Assembly: GCF_006345805.1 (NCBI RefSeq)
Contig: NC_042997.1
Location: forward strand, 191,890,001 to 191,954,000
DNA from: Octopus sinensis
Lineage: Eukaryota
DNA: 64,000 nucleotides
Direction: 5' to 3'
Notes under the pieces: model-generated
What the model was told of the DNA's origin: nothing
What the model saw: the letters and a program-made list of their open reading frames with translations, nothing else
Databases searched by the model: none
Program-made: the position numbers and the translations under genes
Part shown: one piece after another, positions 50,857 through 63,900 of the stretch
How the letters are laid out: the number at the start of each line of letters is the position of its first letter
Numbering within the stretch: position 1 is the first letter of the stretch

Positions 50857-51156
50857 TATAAGTGCGGGTATATACACTTACATACATATATGCACACGTT
50901 GAATCGATTACATATTTAGAAATCCTGGGAATCACCCAACTCTAAAAGCCTTGTCACTTAGATAGAGACTGATTTGAATTCCTTGAAGAAGTTAAATAAA
51001 TTGCAGGTAAGAAGTTTGCTTCCCAACCACATGCTTTCGGGTTCAGTCCCACTAAATGGCACCTTGGACACACGTCTACTACCATAGCCTTGGGCTGACC
51101 AAAACTTTGTGAGTAGATTTGGTAGACGGAAACTGTAAGAAGCTCTTCGTATATTA

Positions 51157-51251
<95 letters not shown>

Positions 51252-51578
51252 TATATATTATATATATATAATATATATAATATATATATATATGCATATA
51301 TACGAAGATCTACAGTTTCCGTCTACCAAATCTACTCACAAAGTTTGTCAGCCCAAGGCTATTGTAGTAACGTGTGTCCAAGGTGCCATTAGGGGACTGA
51401 ACCCGAAAGCATGTGGTTGGGAAGCAAACTTCTTACCTGCATTTTTACTTCTTCAAGGAATTCAAATCAGTCTCTATCTAAGTGACAAGGCTTAGAGTTG
51501 GGTGATTCCCAGGATTTCAAATATGTAATCGATTCAACGGTGCATATATGTATTAATGTATATACCCGCACTTATATA
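50857..51578. repeat. Long inverted repeat (about 300-bp arms) around (TA)n
   Basis: Each arm has a SINE-B head plus about 140 bp of non-SINE flank; the right arm carries many small deletions. Confidence 0.9.
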
Positions 51579-52109
51579 TACCCGCACTTATATATATATA
51601 TATATATATGAAGGTTTGGAGATGATGTACAGGTATTATATATTAGAAGAAATAAGGTACTCAGAAATCAGGTTTTATATTTACAGATTTTTATTAATAG
51701 GTCACATGTTTTTATAAATCATATAATAGCGCTTGCATCCACTCTAATGGATTCTTCAGATTGAATTTTTTGAGGAGATTCGTCTCTTTTATAGTATTAT
51801 TGAGTGGGTAGAGGTGGAGAGAGATATAGGATAGTAAAAGAGGGTGAGGAATGGCGAGAAAGTGAGAGAGAGTGCGTGTGTACATGTGTGTGTGTGTGCC
51901 TTTGTATCTGAAAGAGTGTCAATGGAAAAGAGAAGGAAATGAAGAAGGAAGAGAGAAAGAAGAAAAAAATGTGTCAAGCAATGTGTTACTTTCTCTCTTC
52001 CTTCTTCCTTTCCTTCTCTTTTCTATTGACACTTCTTTCAGATCCAAAGGCACAAGCGCGCGCGCACCAGGCTTTAAAAAATAAGTCTTAGGATCGATTC
52101 ATCGACTAA

Positions 52110-52419
52110 TGTTATGACGTGGGTATACACGTCTGGTGTAAAATGGTATTACACAAATTGTTGGTTGTGGTTACCTAAAAATGACCTCTCGCAGAAATAC
52201 ATGTTAACACAGAACGCACTCTGTACTGCACGAACGTAGGTACGATACTCAGTATTCACTGTTCAACTACCAGCTGTTAAACCAACACACGTCGACGGTT
52301 AACCAACATGGTCGAACTACCTTCAGCTCCCCTCGTTGAGAGTTCGCTCAGTTCTTATCTATTATAATCGGTTAGTTCACCTTCAGTCACATGGGAGTGT
52401 TCAGGATTCTCCCATAATA
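52110..52419. mobile_element. Solo LTR, 310 bp, inserted in a SINE-B tail
   Basis: TGTTATG...CATAATA termini and exact 5-bp TSD ACTAA. Confidence 0.75.
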
Positions 52420-52482
52420 ACTAAATAAAAATTTCATGGTCGTGTCCCAGCATGGCCGTTGTCAAGCAAGTAAAAAAGGGCA

Positions 52483-53012
52483 CCGTAAATCCTCGAGTAT
52501 AGTCCGCCCTTGAGTATAATGCGCAGGGGATTTTTAGGAGGCTGTACCTCTGAAAAACCTAAACCTTGTGTATAATATGCACCCCTTTTCTAACTTGAGT
52601 CAAGGAGGTCTATATAACGTCCTTGGTTTGTAAAAATGTATACGGTAACGTCCTTTATTATTATTGTATACATAACATAATGCAAACGTGTAGCTTTTTG
52701 GTGTATTTTGTTTGCAGAAAATAAAGAAATAACAGTAATAACAGTAATAACGTTTAATAAATGTTGCTTACTGCAAGTTATGGATGATTCTTTTATGACT
52801 TCATTGCTTTCAGGCTTAGCTTAAGGTATTTTTGCGCCCGACATCACAAAATGCGTCTGAATTAACATTGCCGGACAGCAAATAGAGACTCGGGCATTGC
52901 TTAGAAAATAATTTTCATTTTTAACCTCGTATATAGAATATATAGTATGCAGTAGGGATTTTGACCTTTAAATTTTGGGGAAAAAAGGCGGATTATACTC
53001 GAGGATTTACGG
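52483..53012. mobile_element. Tc2/pogo-like MITE
   Basis: 26-bp TIR CCGTAAATCCTCGAGTATA(G/A)TCCGCC; TA on the right, CA on the left. Confidence 0.85.
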
Positions 53013-53451
53013 TATATAATATAATTTGTGTGCATGTGTGCGTGTATATGTATGTAAGAAAATTAACTAAACGGTTTATAATGACAAATGTATGCAGGCG
53101 ATCCCAGAGATAAGCGATGACAACGAGAATGAGAGTCTGAGAGAGAATAAAAGTCACAGTGTGCGAGAAAATGCTTTTACCGATGCATGACCGATATACT
53201 GGTAGTAGGTAACTTAGAAAGCCCTATATGGCTGTGTGAATGCGTGGAATGTACTAGGCTCAAAGCAAGATGTCTTTAAATATGCTTTGCACCAAAACGA
53301 AACGTTTTGATTGGTTAATAATAGCAAAGAAAATCATTGTCACATGGCGTTTCTTGCACGTTATCTGCTATGCTCATATCAACGGGTTTGTGCGACCTGT
53401 GAAATTTAGTGTCTACGTGTGAAATAAAACGTAGATCTAGTTAGAAGCCTT

Positions 53452-53672
53452 TACTCTTTTACTTATTTCAGTCATTTGACTGCGGCCATGCTGGAGCACC
53501 GCCATTTTTTTTTTAGTCGAGCAAATCGACCCCAGGACTTATTCTTTGTAAGCCTAGTACTTATTCTATTGGTCTCTTCTGTCGAGCCGCTAAGTTACGG
53601 GGATGTAAACACACCAGCATCGGTTGTCAAGCAATGTTGGGGGGACAAACACAGACACACAAACATATACAC

Positions 53673-53705
<33 letters not shown>

Positions 53706-53880
53706 CATACATACATACGACGAGCTTTTTTCAGTTTCCGTTTATCAAATCCACTCACAAGGCTTTGGTCGGCCCGAGGCTATAGTAGAAGATACTTGCC
53801 CAAGGTGCCACGCAGTGGGACTGAACCTGGAACCATGTGGTTGGTAAGCAAGCTACTTACTACACAGCCACTCCTGCGCC
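53452..53880 (-). mobile_element. SINE family B, full length
   Basis: Complete head-to-tail copy. Confidence 0.92.
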
Positions 53881-54106
53881 TAGCGGAATCTTTGTACAGA
53901 TTCTGCTAAGAAAGACATCAGACTATGTAATGAAATGCCCTCCCACTGTCTGTCTGTCTCTCTCTTTCTTTCTTACTCTCTCTCTCTCTCTCTCTCTCAC
54001 GCACATGTGTGTGTATGTGTGTGTGTATAAATATATATATGTTACACACAAATATGCACATACATACACATGTGTAAGTGTAAACACATTCACACACACG
54101 CGCATA

Positions 54107-54335
54107 ATTTCTGCCTAGCTAAGCTGTCTGAGCAGTAGCATGGTTTCAATGTCAAGACGTTAGCCTGCTGGATGACTTCGTTGTTGGTGATGTGTTCATT
54201 CCACGATTCCACGAGGATTCCATGATGCAGCGTAGGAATCTCTGATGGAAGAGTTCCAGCATCTTGACGAGCTTCTTGTACAGCATCCAAGCTTCTGACC
54301 CATAGAATGGTGCAGTGATGATAACAGCCTTGTAA
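54107..54335 (-). mobile_element. RTE-like LINE fragment
   Basis: LFYGSEAWMLYKK...LELFHQRFLRCIM / WNEHITNNEVIQQAN. Confidence 0.7.
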
Positions 54336-55138
54336 CAAGTAATACTACTCTGTGTAGAAGTTACTTTACAACTATACAGGAAACAGACAGGATTATGCTA
54401 ATCTACGTAGAGCACTAAATATAACAGTAACAGTCGTACGTCTCTGTACAAATAATTTCTACTATATATATATTATATATATACACATATACTACTACTA
54501 CTAGTAAACTCACTGCTTGTTACAAGGGGACCGGTAACCATTACAATATGTAGCGGCGATAGGTCAACACGTTGTTCTGAGACTGACCAAGGAATTTTAA
54601 TTTTTTTAGATATAAATGATGTACTTAAATGTAGTTGTGTTTTTAGCTTCTGCTTTTTCCATGATCACATGTGAGTATTTTATTTATGTTCCCTCGTAAG
54701 CTCTACTGAAGAAGAATATATCCTTTATAGGGATTAATTCCGAAATTGATTCAATATAGAGATGACGAAATTTAAATTTTCTAAAGGTTAGTTGCCCGCT
54801 TTCAGTTCAATTTTCCTGTAACAAGTGGATTATAAGTGGATAAATCAGTGTATTGGCTATAGAATAACCTTCTTTAGCCCTTAATTATAAGATATATATA
54901 TATATATATATATAGCGAGAAGTTGAAGTTATAAGAGATAATGGTGTCATTGAGACCCAAAGGTGTCAGGTAATGCTGAATAAGTGCTATAGACAGACCA
55001 TAGTTAAGTTCCAGATTCGGTAATATTGCGAATAAAGGGTTCAACGTTGGTTCTATGTCAGCGTGTGTATATAAGAATTTTTTGCGTAATAAGATAAAAG
55101 AACCCAAAGGTCTGTAGATATTAGAGCATTTATAGATA

Positions 55139-55188
55139 GGTCTTACAGCTGTTTCTAGGATATTTATTAATTATATCTCTTCGTAGCG
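55139..55188 (-). ncRNA. Degenerate hammerhead-ribozyme-like motif (Penelope terminus)
   Basis: CTACGA-AG-AGATAT...ATATCC-TA-GAAAC-AGCT-GTA-AGACC; homologous to 56477-56525. Confidence 0.5.
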
Positions 55189-55444
55189 GGAAGCGAAATA
55201 CCGCTAAGCATTTCGCCCGGCGTGCTAGCGATTCTGCCAGATTGCCGCCTTACTTACACAGAATATTAAATACATTTAATACAAAAAATCTGTACATGTG
55301 TATGGATATAAAATAGTCCGACTATTTTATATCCATACACATGTACGTATTTTGTATTTAACGTATTTAATATTCTGTATAAATCGACTTAGCTAACATG
55401 CATGTCATTACATTTTCTCTCTCTCTCTCTCCTCTCTCTCTCTC

Positions 55445-55493
<49 letters not shown>

Positions 55494-55500
55494 ATTCATA

Positions 55501-55727
55501 ACGAAGTGGAGAGTGGAGATTTATTCAAATCAAACAAGCTTGTTTGAATCAGTTCACTTTGAAAACGTTGTGAGTGAAGGACCTTTGAGGAAACTGCAGC
55601 GACTAGGATGCATAATTGCACACAGAGCAACGTGTAGTCGCTGCAAAGTCAGTGTTATATATGCTGTAGATAATTTTTTTTAATAAAAAAGTTTTGGATG
55701 TGAATAAATCTCCACTCTCCTCTGCGT
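55501..55727. mobile_element. MITE, 227 bp
   Basis: 27-bp TIR with a perfect 20-bp core GGAGAGTGGAGATTTATTCA; TA on both sides. Confidence 0.8.
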
Positions 55728-55846
55728 TATCAATTATATACTCTAAGGAATATTTGCAGTTCTGAATAGGAACTCGGAACTACCCAACGAGTGAAACTTA
55801 CCAGTACCAGTATCAAGAAGTGATGCAGTACGACCGCTTCATTCAT

Positions 55847-55906
<60 letters not shown>

Positions 55907-55997
55907 GGAAAATTCACACAACAAAAACAAAAGACGAAGACAGGTGGTGAAGACAACAAACAGATGTATTAGTATAACGCTCAGGAAGTGAAAAAGA

Positions 55998-56027
55998 CTT
56001 TAACGTTTCGAGCCTACGCTCTTCCAA
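55998..56027 (-). ncRNA. Minimal hammerhead-like motif (Penelope terminus)
   Basis: GGAAGA-GC-GTAG-GCTC-GAAAC-GTTA with palindromic AACGTT; core CTGA altered. Confidence 0.5.
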
Positions 56028-56476
56028 AGAGAGGAACACAGAAAGAAACAAGGAGAGAAAATAAAGAATGTGTAGTGGCTAGCGATGAGAAAAAAGAAGA
56101 AAAATTATAGACAGCAGATTATTCAAAGATATTCAAATCAATATGATATGAAATTCTTATCCCTATAGCCAAACACTGAACACTGGTAAAAACCAGAGAA
56201 CTATGGTGCAAACATACCATAAAGGATTATAGGTCCTTGGCACAATTATATATATATATATATATCTTTTATACTTGGAATGAACAATTTCAAATAATGT
56301 TGGATTTTTCTCATAAGGTATTGGTATCTTACATATATACCATTCTACTTTAAAAAAATGGATCTACAAATTCAATATCCCTTCATACTTCACATCTATT
56401 TTCATTCCTCCACCTCACTCTCTATTTTGTATCCTATCTAAATTAACTATTACTTAACCATCCTCTCACACCCTCT

Positions 56477-56525
56477 CCGATGAAGGGATATAACTAATAA
56501 ATATCCTGGAAACAGCTGTAAGACC
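56477..56525 (+). ncRNA. Hammerhead-ribozyme-like motif (Penelope terminus)
   Basis: CCGATGA, stem GGATAT/ATATCC, GAAAC, palindromic AGCT, GTA triplet; one core substitution (CTG to CCG). Confidence 0.6.
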
Positions 56526-56589
56526 TTCTATCTATAAATGTTCTAGTATCTACACAGCCTTAGTTTTTTAACTCATTACGCAAAAAATT

Positions 56590-56696
<107 letters not shown>

Positions 56697-57274
56697 CCCC
56701 TACACCTAACAGGAAGCTTTTGGGAGCAGTAAACAAGTCCGACGTGGAAATATTTACCCGTGAAATCTCACGACTGACTTCACATTTGTTGTTCGTGTAG
56801 TTTAACACCTTTTTTCTGATTTATTAAAAAAGAAGTTCGTTGTTTTGAACAGAAATTCTTTTGACACGTAATTAAAGCTAGGATAATTATTTCAGTGGTT
56901 TATGCAGTTAAAACTTATTGCCAAGGAATCCATAAATAAGAAACACTGGCGTTTTCTGCAACGGAACGAAAAAATACCTTTTTATTTTCCAGTTCGGTGG
57001 ACTTGTACAAGACGAAGTAGAGAAAGTGGAATGTAAGTGTTTCGGAATACTGCTGAAGGTATGTGGCTGCATTGGAACTCATGATGATACCTATTTGAAA
57101 AATCTTAACCATTTTTGTGATATAAAGTTCCCTCCAAGAGTATGTGTGAGTGTCTGTGTATGCGCTATGTGAATGTGAATGTGTGTGTGTGTGTGTGTGC
57201 GTGTGAAGATCGTTATAACAGTCATAGTGAAATGCGAAATTCCTTTTCACTAAAACCTCACGATACACACGCAT

Positions 57275-57332
<58 letters not shown>

Positions 57333-57747
57333 CTGTGGGTGTTTAAGATGTTTGCTTCGCAACAGCGTGATTTGGGGTTCAAGTCCCACTGCGTAGCAAG
57401 CATCTTGCGCAAGTGTCTTCTACTATAGCCCCGAGACAACCAAAGCATTGGGAGTGAATTTCATAGACAGAAACTGCACAAGGCTTGCCATGTGTGTGTG
57501 TGTGTGTGTGTTTGTGCATGCATTCATGTGTCTGTGTGAATGGCTACCAGCTAATCGACCCCCAAACCTTCTCGATAGCCTCACAACCCTGAATAGCGCA
57601 TTCTCAATAATGAACTACTTCATTCCATTTTAAAGAACTTTTTAATTCTCTTCTTTGTAAATCGTGTATCATACCTTTTAATGCAACTTTTTCGTATTTT
57701 AAATTAATACACAGTTATTCAAATAAGTGAAAGACGTGGGGAAGGTC

Positions 57748-58128
57748 TCTATGCTAAACATAGAGGGAACAAACAAGGACAGACAAACGGATTAAGTCGA
57801 TTATATCGACCGCAGTGCGTAACTGGTACTTAGTTTATCGACCCCGAAAGGATGAAAGGCAAAGTCGACCTCGGAGGAATTTGAACTCAAAACGCAGCGG
57901 CGGGCGAAATACCTATTTCTTTACTGCCCACAAGGGTTTACACACAGAGGGGACAAACAAGGACAGACAAACGGATTAAGTCGATTATATCGATTCATTG
58001 CGTAACTGGTACTTAGTTTATCGACCCCGAAAGGATGAACGGCGGAATTTGAACTCAGAACGCAGCGGCGGACGAAATACCACAAAGCATTTCACCCGGC
58101 GTGCTAACGTTTCTGCCAGCTCGCTGCC
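57748..58128 (-). mobile_element. SINE family A dimer
   Basis: One head, two bodies. Confidence 0.88.
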
Positions 58129-58159
58129 TTGACACCTGTGTAGTGACAATATTTTGGAA

Positions 58160-58235
58160 GTTTTCAGCGCGCATGCGCAGAGTTGGATTACTTCGGGTAG
58201 GCCGCCGGAAGTTCCCTCATGCGCATGCGCATAGA
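58160..58235. promoter_or_regulatory. Candidate CpG-rich promoter or enhancer (2 x NRF1-type, 1 x ETS-type motif)
   Basis: GCGCATGCGC at 58169-58178 and 58221-58230, CCGGAAGT at 58205-58212. Confidence 0.45.
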
Positions 58236-59039
58236 ACTGCCAACAGAAAGTTTTCCCGCTAGATCGGTCATTTTGTAGCTGCAGCCCTATCGAGTGGACA
58301 CGACTCAACCTTCTCTCAAGGAAAACCCAACACGGGAACGGAGAGAGCATTTTGGCTCACACAAGTTAACTATTGTGAATAGTTTTATGGACTCGGCTAC
58401 CGGTTCGCCCTGAAGAAAATATATGCGTATATATTTTATTTGCAAATCCAGACAAAATAAAGTATTATTTATTGCTGTTGAAGATAGTCGAAGTTTTGGT
58501 TTTCCTTTCGACACAATTGAATGTAACAGGATAAGACCGACACCCCTCAAGTGTTCCTGAGACCGTCATCCTGTTACACCTGCAATTTCTGTGATCGAAT
58601 GCCACAAGGATTCATCCTCTCACTTACGATTTTCAACCTTTAAGCGGTTGGTAGCAATTTAACAAGATTCATTAATGGCAAAATATACGATCGTAAATGT
58701 TTTGTGTATTCTGCAACATCTACCTTTGTTTTTACTGCTTTGTCTGCAAGTTTACTTGCAGAATCAACAACAACAACAATAACTTTCCATTGGTTTTCTG
58801 ATTGTAATACAAAGTTCAGAAAACTCTGAAAAGCATAGAGCAGTTTCGTTGACATACTTGACAAGAAAGGGTATTTCGACCTTAAATTCAAGACTAACAG
58901 AACAAATGAAAAACAGAACAACAATACTGCAGACATCTGCTAGTGTGTGTTGTTGTAGTGATATGCACAATAGCAGAATATGCCTGAGCTTCTAGGGGAC
59001 GGTACAGCACTACACCATAATGACATTTTCAGTTATCTA

Positions 59040-59096
<57 letters not shown>

Positions 59097-59112
59097 TAAT
59101 AATAATAATAAT

Positions 59113-59330
59113 GAGTGGGATGGGTTACTCGACCAGAAGAAAATTCTAATGGGTTCCACCTGCAATGTCATGCGTTGTTTATCTTGATATGAGAACCCTA
59201 TGTCGAGCACATATGGTTGTGATGCATGTGCCTGGTATATACTTGTCAGACGGGTAGTCATGATGGGTATACTGGGCATCGTATATTTTACCCCAGTGTC
59301 ACTTTGATGGCATGAACTGCTCTCTCACTC
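59113..59330 (+). mobile_element. Short retroelement 3' end embedded in (TAA)n
   Basis: About 218 bp of complex sequence ending CTCTCACTCAATAATAAT, flanked by (TAA)n at 59037-59112 and 59331-59378. Confidence 0.6.
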
Positions 59331-59408
<78 letters not shown>

Positions 59409-59596
59409 AAGAAGAAGAAGAAGAAGAAGAAGAACAACAACAACAACAATAATAATAATGATGATGATGATGATGATGATGATATTGACGATGATTTCTT
59501 TTATTTGCTACCGGGGCGATGGCTAAATGGAACGATACAAAGACAGACATAAATTGTTGGGGTTTACATATAACGAAGAGACGAAAAATGCATGTA

Positions 59597-59861
59597 CGAG
59601 GTCTGATCAATAAGTATCCGAACTGTTGCCATAGTAACGAAGCTAAAGCACGCAAAGTGAAGCCGCTTGGCACAGATTGACCTTGAACGCTGCTGTATAT
59701 GCGCACTAAGTTTTAATGTTTTAGCTCACATTCACTGTTTACAGCAGTGCTTGGAAGGAAGGTGTGTAGCATGTGATTGTCTCATTGACCATTACAGATT
59801 AAGTTGAGCAGAGAATCTGCATCAAATTTTGCCAAGAGCTTGGTGATACCTGCTCAAAGGC
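59597..59861 (+). mobile_element. mariner-like element 5' end
   Basis: TA|CGAGGTCTGATCAATAAGTATCCG TIR-like start; VEQRICIKFCQELGDTCS is a mariner N-terminus. Confidence 0.8.
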
Positions 59862-59899
59862 TGGTATCGTCAACTTAGCAATGTTAAAAACCCTCACAA

Positions 59900-60290
59900 A
59901 CATGGTATGCTTTGTTGCTTCTGTAATGAGAAAAGCTTCGTGTAAGGCCAAAAGCGTAAGAGAAGAATTGACAGATGGTTATGTGCAGGTTTTTTCTGGT
60001 GGAACCAAAGTAAAGCGCACTAAATTTTCGGCAATTGTGTTGGTTTTAAGAGTGGAGACTAACAAACGTCATGTCATGTAACCTCACGTCTTTCCATAGG
60101 GTCTTAGAATTATTGCTGTTGGATGCGTTGAAGTTCTGGAGACAGTTGTTAAGCACTGAAGTTTGCAGTGGAAGGCCATGAGTGTTTCAACAAGACTCAG
60201 CACCCGACAAAGCCCATGTAAACCAAGAATGGATGTAAGACAATCTTTACAATATTAATTCGCATACCCGACTTAACTTGGCTGTTGACT
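59900..60290 (+). pseudogene. Degraded Tc1/maT-like transposase core
   Basis: HVM*PHVFP*GLRI...EVLETVVK...FQQDSAP...NQEWM*DN. Confidence 0.7.
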
Positions 60291-60600
60291 TAACTTGGTG
60301 TTGTTAAGAACACCGCAGATTGAGGTTATCGTCCTGCTAAAAAAAAAAAAAAAGCACAGATTATATCACTTGACAAAATTTTGTCTGCACCGAAAGATGG
60401 CACTGTTGTATAGCGTGATTTGGTAGACGGATTTTCGATGTGACATTCAGTGCTTGGGTGCTTTTTGCTGATGATGTGCAATTTACACTGAAATCACGCA
60501 GCATAATAGTCCCATCATCAGTTCTAACCAAATTTCTTCAACCGATGTAATCTGTGCTTTTTAAGCACCTAACGATTTATATAAATGTTGTGCCACTATC

Positions 60601-60609
60601 CTATATATA

Positions 60610-60683
<74 letters not shown>

Positions 60684-60757
60684 TATATATATAATATATA
60701 TATATATATAGATATATATATATAGATATATATATATATAGATATATATATATATAG

Positions 60758-60788
<31 letters not shown>

Positions 60789-60790
60789 CA
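60601..60790. repeat. (TA)n/(TAGA)n microsatellite
   Basis: Direct reading; one of many TA, CA, GA and CATA tracts across the window. Confidence 0.95.
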
Positions 60791-61061
60791 GACATATGCA
60801 TACATACGTGCGTGCATGTGTGTGTGAATCGGTATATTGAATGTGTGTATATATGAGCCCATGTTGTATGTGTACATGTCTATGTGAGTACTTATATGTA
60901 TGTAGGTATATATATATGTATATATATATATATATATAATTTTAATCCAAACGGGAAACCAAAAAACAACAACAATGGAACAATTACAGTATATTTATTA
61001 ATAGTCGCTCAGGAAATGGAAGCAGGGAGGTATATATATATTATTATATATATTATATATA

Positions 61062-61108
<47 letters not shown>

Positions 61109-61276
61109 ATATATTTATCAAAAGAAAAGCAGGATGCAAAGGATTTAGCGGTACATATGTTTCTGGCTTTATTGGACAATTTATATCAAGGCATAATTGA
61201 TGTAATATATATATATATTTATACATAGACACGCACACATACATAAACATGCGTATGTGTGTGTGTGTGTGTGATC

Positions 61277-61374
<98 letters not shown>

Positions 61375-61625
61375 GAGAGTATTAACTCGGACGACCCACA
61401 AAGGCTATGTTGTGCGGTGCCTCCTTCTCAGGACTGAGCTATAAAAATATAAGAGATAGAATACGGAAAATAGAAATTGTGATTCTGAACATAGAAATTT
61501 CGAGTGGGTTTTGTGTAAGTATCAAATTGGTTTAACAGAAGCGGAACACTATTTTGAAACAGAACACAATTATGTATGTATGTATGTATGTATGTATGTA
61601 TGTATGTATGTATGTATGTGGTATG

Positions 61626-61728
<103 letters not shown>

Positions 61729-62027
61729 ATGCATGCTGTCTTCTATTTTTAATTATTTGAAGTCTTCCTGTATGAAAGAATCTGGTTTCTTACAAAGATA
61801 GAAACATCAATCGTTGGAATGTAGATAAAAAAATAAACACATTGTCAGATTTCGAACTTGAGAAAAGTCTTGCATATTTTTACTCTTCCGCTTACATATT
61901 GTATTTGTAATGGGCGTATTATGTGGTTTATTTCTGTTCGTGAAAACCCCACCTTTTCCGGATTATCCCTTAGGCATATACTAGCATAACCAAGTGCACT
62001 AATTAATTGGCACTCTGACGAGAATTC

Positions 62028-62310
62028 CCGTTGATGCGATCAACGGAACAGCCTGCTCATGAAATTAACGTGCAAGTCGCTGAGCAAACTACAGACACGT
62101 CTATCCTTAACGTAGTTCTCAGGGAGATTCAGCGTGACACAGAACGTGACAAAACTGGCCCTTTGAAACACAGATACTTCTCATTTTTGCCAGCTGAGTG
62201 AACTGGAGCAACATGAAGTGAAGTGTCCTGCTCAAGGGCGCGAAGTGCCGCTGGGAATTGCATTCACGATCTTACGACCATGAGCCGAATTCATAACCAC
62301 TAAACCACGT
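62028..62310 (-). mobile_element. Chimeric SINE: tRNA head + CORE-like segment + family C 3' part
   Basis: CTCCAGTTCACTCAGCTGGCAAAAATGAG joined to TTTCAAAGGGCCAG...GCACGTTAATTTCATGAGCAGGCTGTTCCG. Confidence 0.75.
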
Positions 62311-62399
62311 GCTTTCTTTAAGTGTATCGATTGTTATTGATATAATGTGAATTTATGATCTGAGTACAGAAGCTGAATATTCCGTAGTAGTTGTCCATA

Positions 62400-63050
62400 G
62401 TTATCCTTTTTCTTTCGATTTTCAAAGATGTCTTAATATTATCAAGAAAGCTGACCTTTATGACGGTACATACTTTGTCCTGTCTGTCCCAAACACAGAT
62501 TTCCGCCTTGTTATATTTCCACTTAGAAGTTTTGATGGAAATATTCTTCTAATTAATAAAATGGCGATTCTCTAGATTTATCCCAGCACAGCCTTTTTTT
62601 CCCCCGGATATTCGGGGACTAGAAAATATCAGGCTTGCAGGCAACACTTCATCGTTGATGCTAAAATTCATACACTTGCCAAGCACTTCCTGCATTCAAT
62701 CTTCAATGTCTGCAACAATTTTCTGAAAGCTGCTCTTGGAATAAACTCAGATAACAAGAAGACCGGTGAAGCGAACTATTGATGTGAATCTGAACTCCAG
62801 TGAAATATCCTCAAAGTTTCAAATTTAATGGAAGAGCTCAATGAGTCTGAAATAAGGTAAAGAAGCCTTTCTTGTAGACTTCGGTTGGAATTGAGTTAGA
62901 TCTTGGAATTTCTTTACCACATCCTCAAGACATACTAAGAAGTGCACAAACCCTGTCACTTTTTCAAAAGACAACAGTGAACCTATATTTTCTTCTTCTT
63001 CATTAGAGTATTCTTTGGGACCAATACGTCCAAAGTATATATTTTGATCA
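62400..63050 (-). mobile_element. Highly degraded RLE-type LINE fragment
   Basis: GYFTGVQ and NISIKTSKWKYNKAEICVWDRQDKVCTVI resemble the pre-RLE/RLE region seen at 41724-42088. Confidence 0.45.
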
Positions 63051-63295
63051 CGAATATTTGATTATAAATGAAATATGTAGGTATAAACTTTTACAAGGAT
63101 GATGGTTGACAGTAACTTCGAAGTTTCAACTTACCCTCTTTCAACAGGGTGTTTGAAGACGAGTAAGCCGAAGCTCAAGGTCACTGCCAAAAATTTCCTT
63201 ATAAAGTTAATAAATAAGCACTCTACGATAAAGCATTATGTAATATTTCAGTCTAATGTTAAATGTTTTATATATAACTTGACATAAAAACATTG

Positions 63296-63382
<87 letters not shown>

Positions 63383-63404
63383 AACGTGTACGTACGCCGC
63401 TATA

Positions 63405-63712
63405 TCTTTATATATAAAACTGAAGTTGTGTGTGTCAGAGTCTGTCTCCTCCGATTTAGATTCCTAACTACTCCCACATTTTGCGGTGCAGTTTAACCAA
63501 AAGCGGGTATCTTATAGTCGGGATTCGTATCGAACCCTTCTGGGTATTAGCGCGCGTCTACGATGAGTCTACGATTTTAAAAAAATTTACCATCATTTTT
63601 TTTTTTTTTTAATGCATTTTGTGCTCGGTTTATATAAGGGAAGTAACTCTCTAAAAATGCTTATATAGTTATTTCCCTTACAAACCCGAGCAACGCCGGG
63701 CGATACTGCTAG
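63405..63712 (+). mobile_element. Complete non-autonomous Helitron-like element
   Basis: A|TCTTTATATATAAAA start, subterminal hairpin CCCGAGCAACGCCGGG, CTAG|T end, no TSD. Confidence 0.85.
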
Positions 63713-63732
63713 TGTTTTATATATAAAAAATA

Positions 63733-63900
63733 CAAAATGCGACAAGAACGCAAAACATCCAGACAGTTAGGTGACACAAAAAAAGGGACAACAAAACATC
63801 CAGATAGACGATACAAAGAAAAAAAGGAAAGGTCATTCGGAGTTTTCTTTCTTTAGTCGAGTTCCAGATTATATTTGCAATTTCGGCTGGTTATACTCGA
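63733..63900 (-). mobile_element. Repeat shared with 50140-50240, possibly a Penelope-like terminus
   Basis: GACAAGAACGCAAAACAT and GACGATACAAA at both sites; minus-strand GACT(G/A)AAGA...GAATG word. Confidence 0.4.

Noticed and set aside
58640-58936. 98-aa minus-strand ORF with a hydrophobic N-terminus
   Set aside because: No recognisable domain, includes a GTT microsatellite, and has no supporting exon structure
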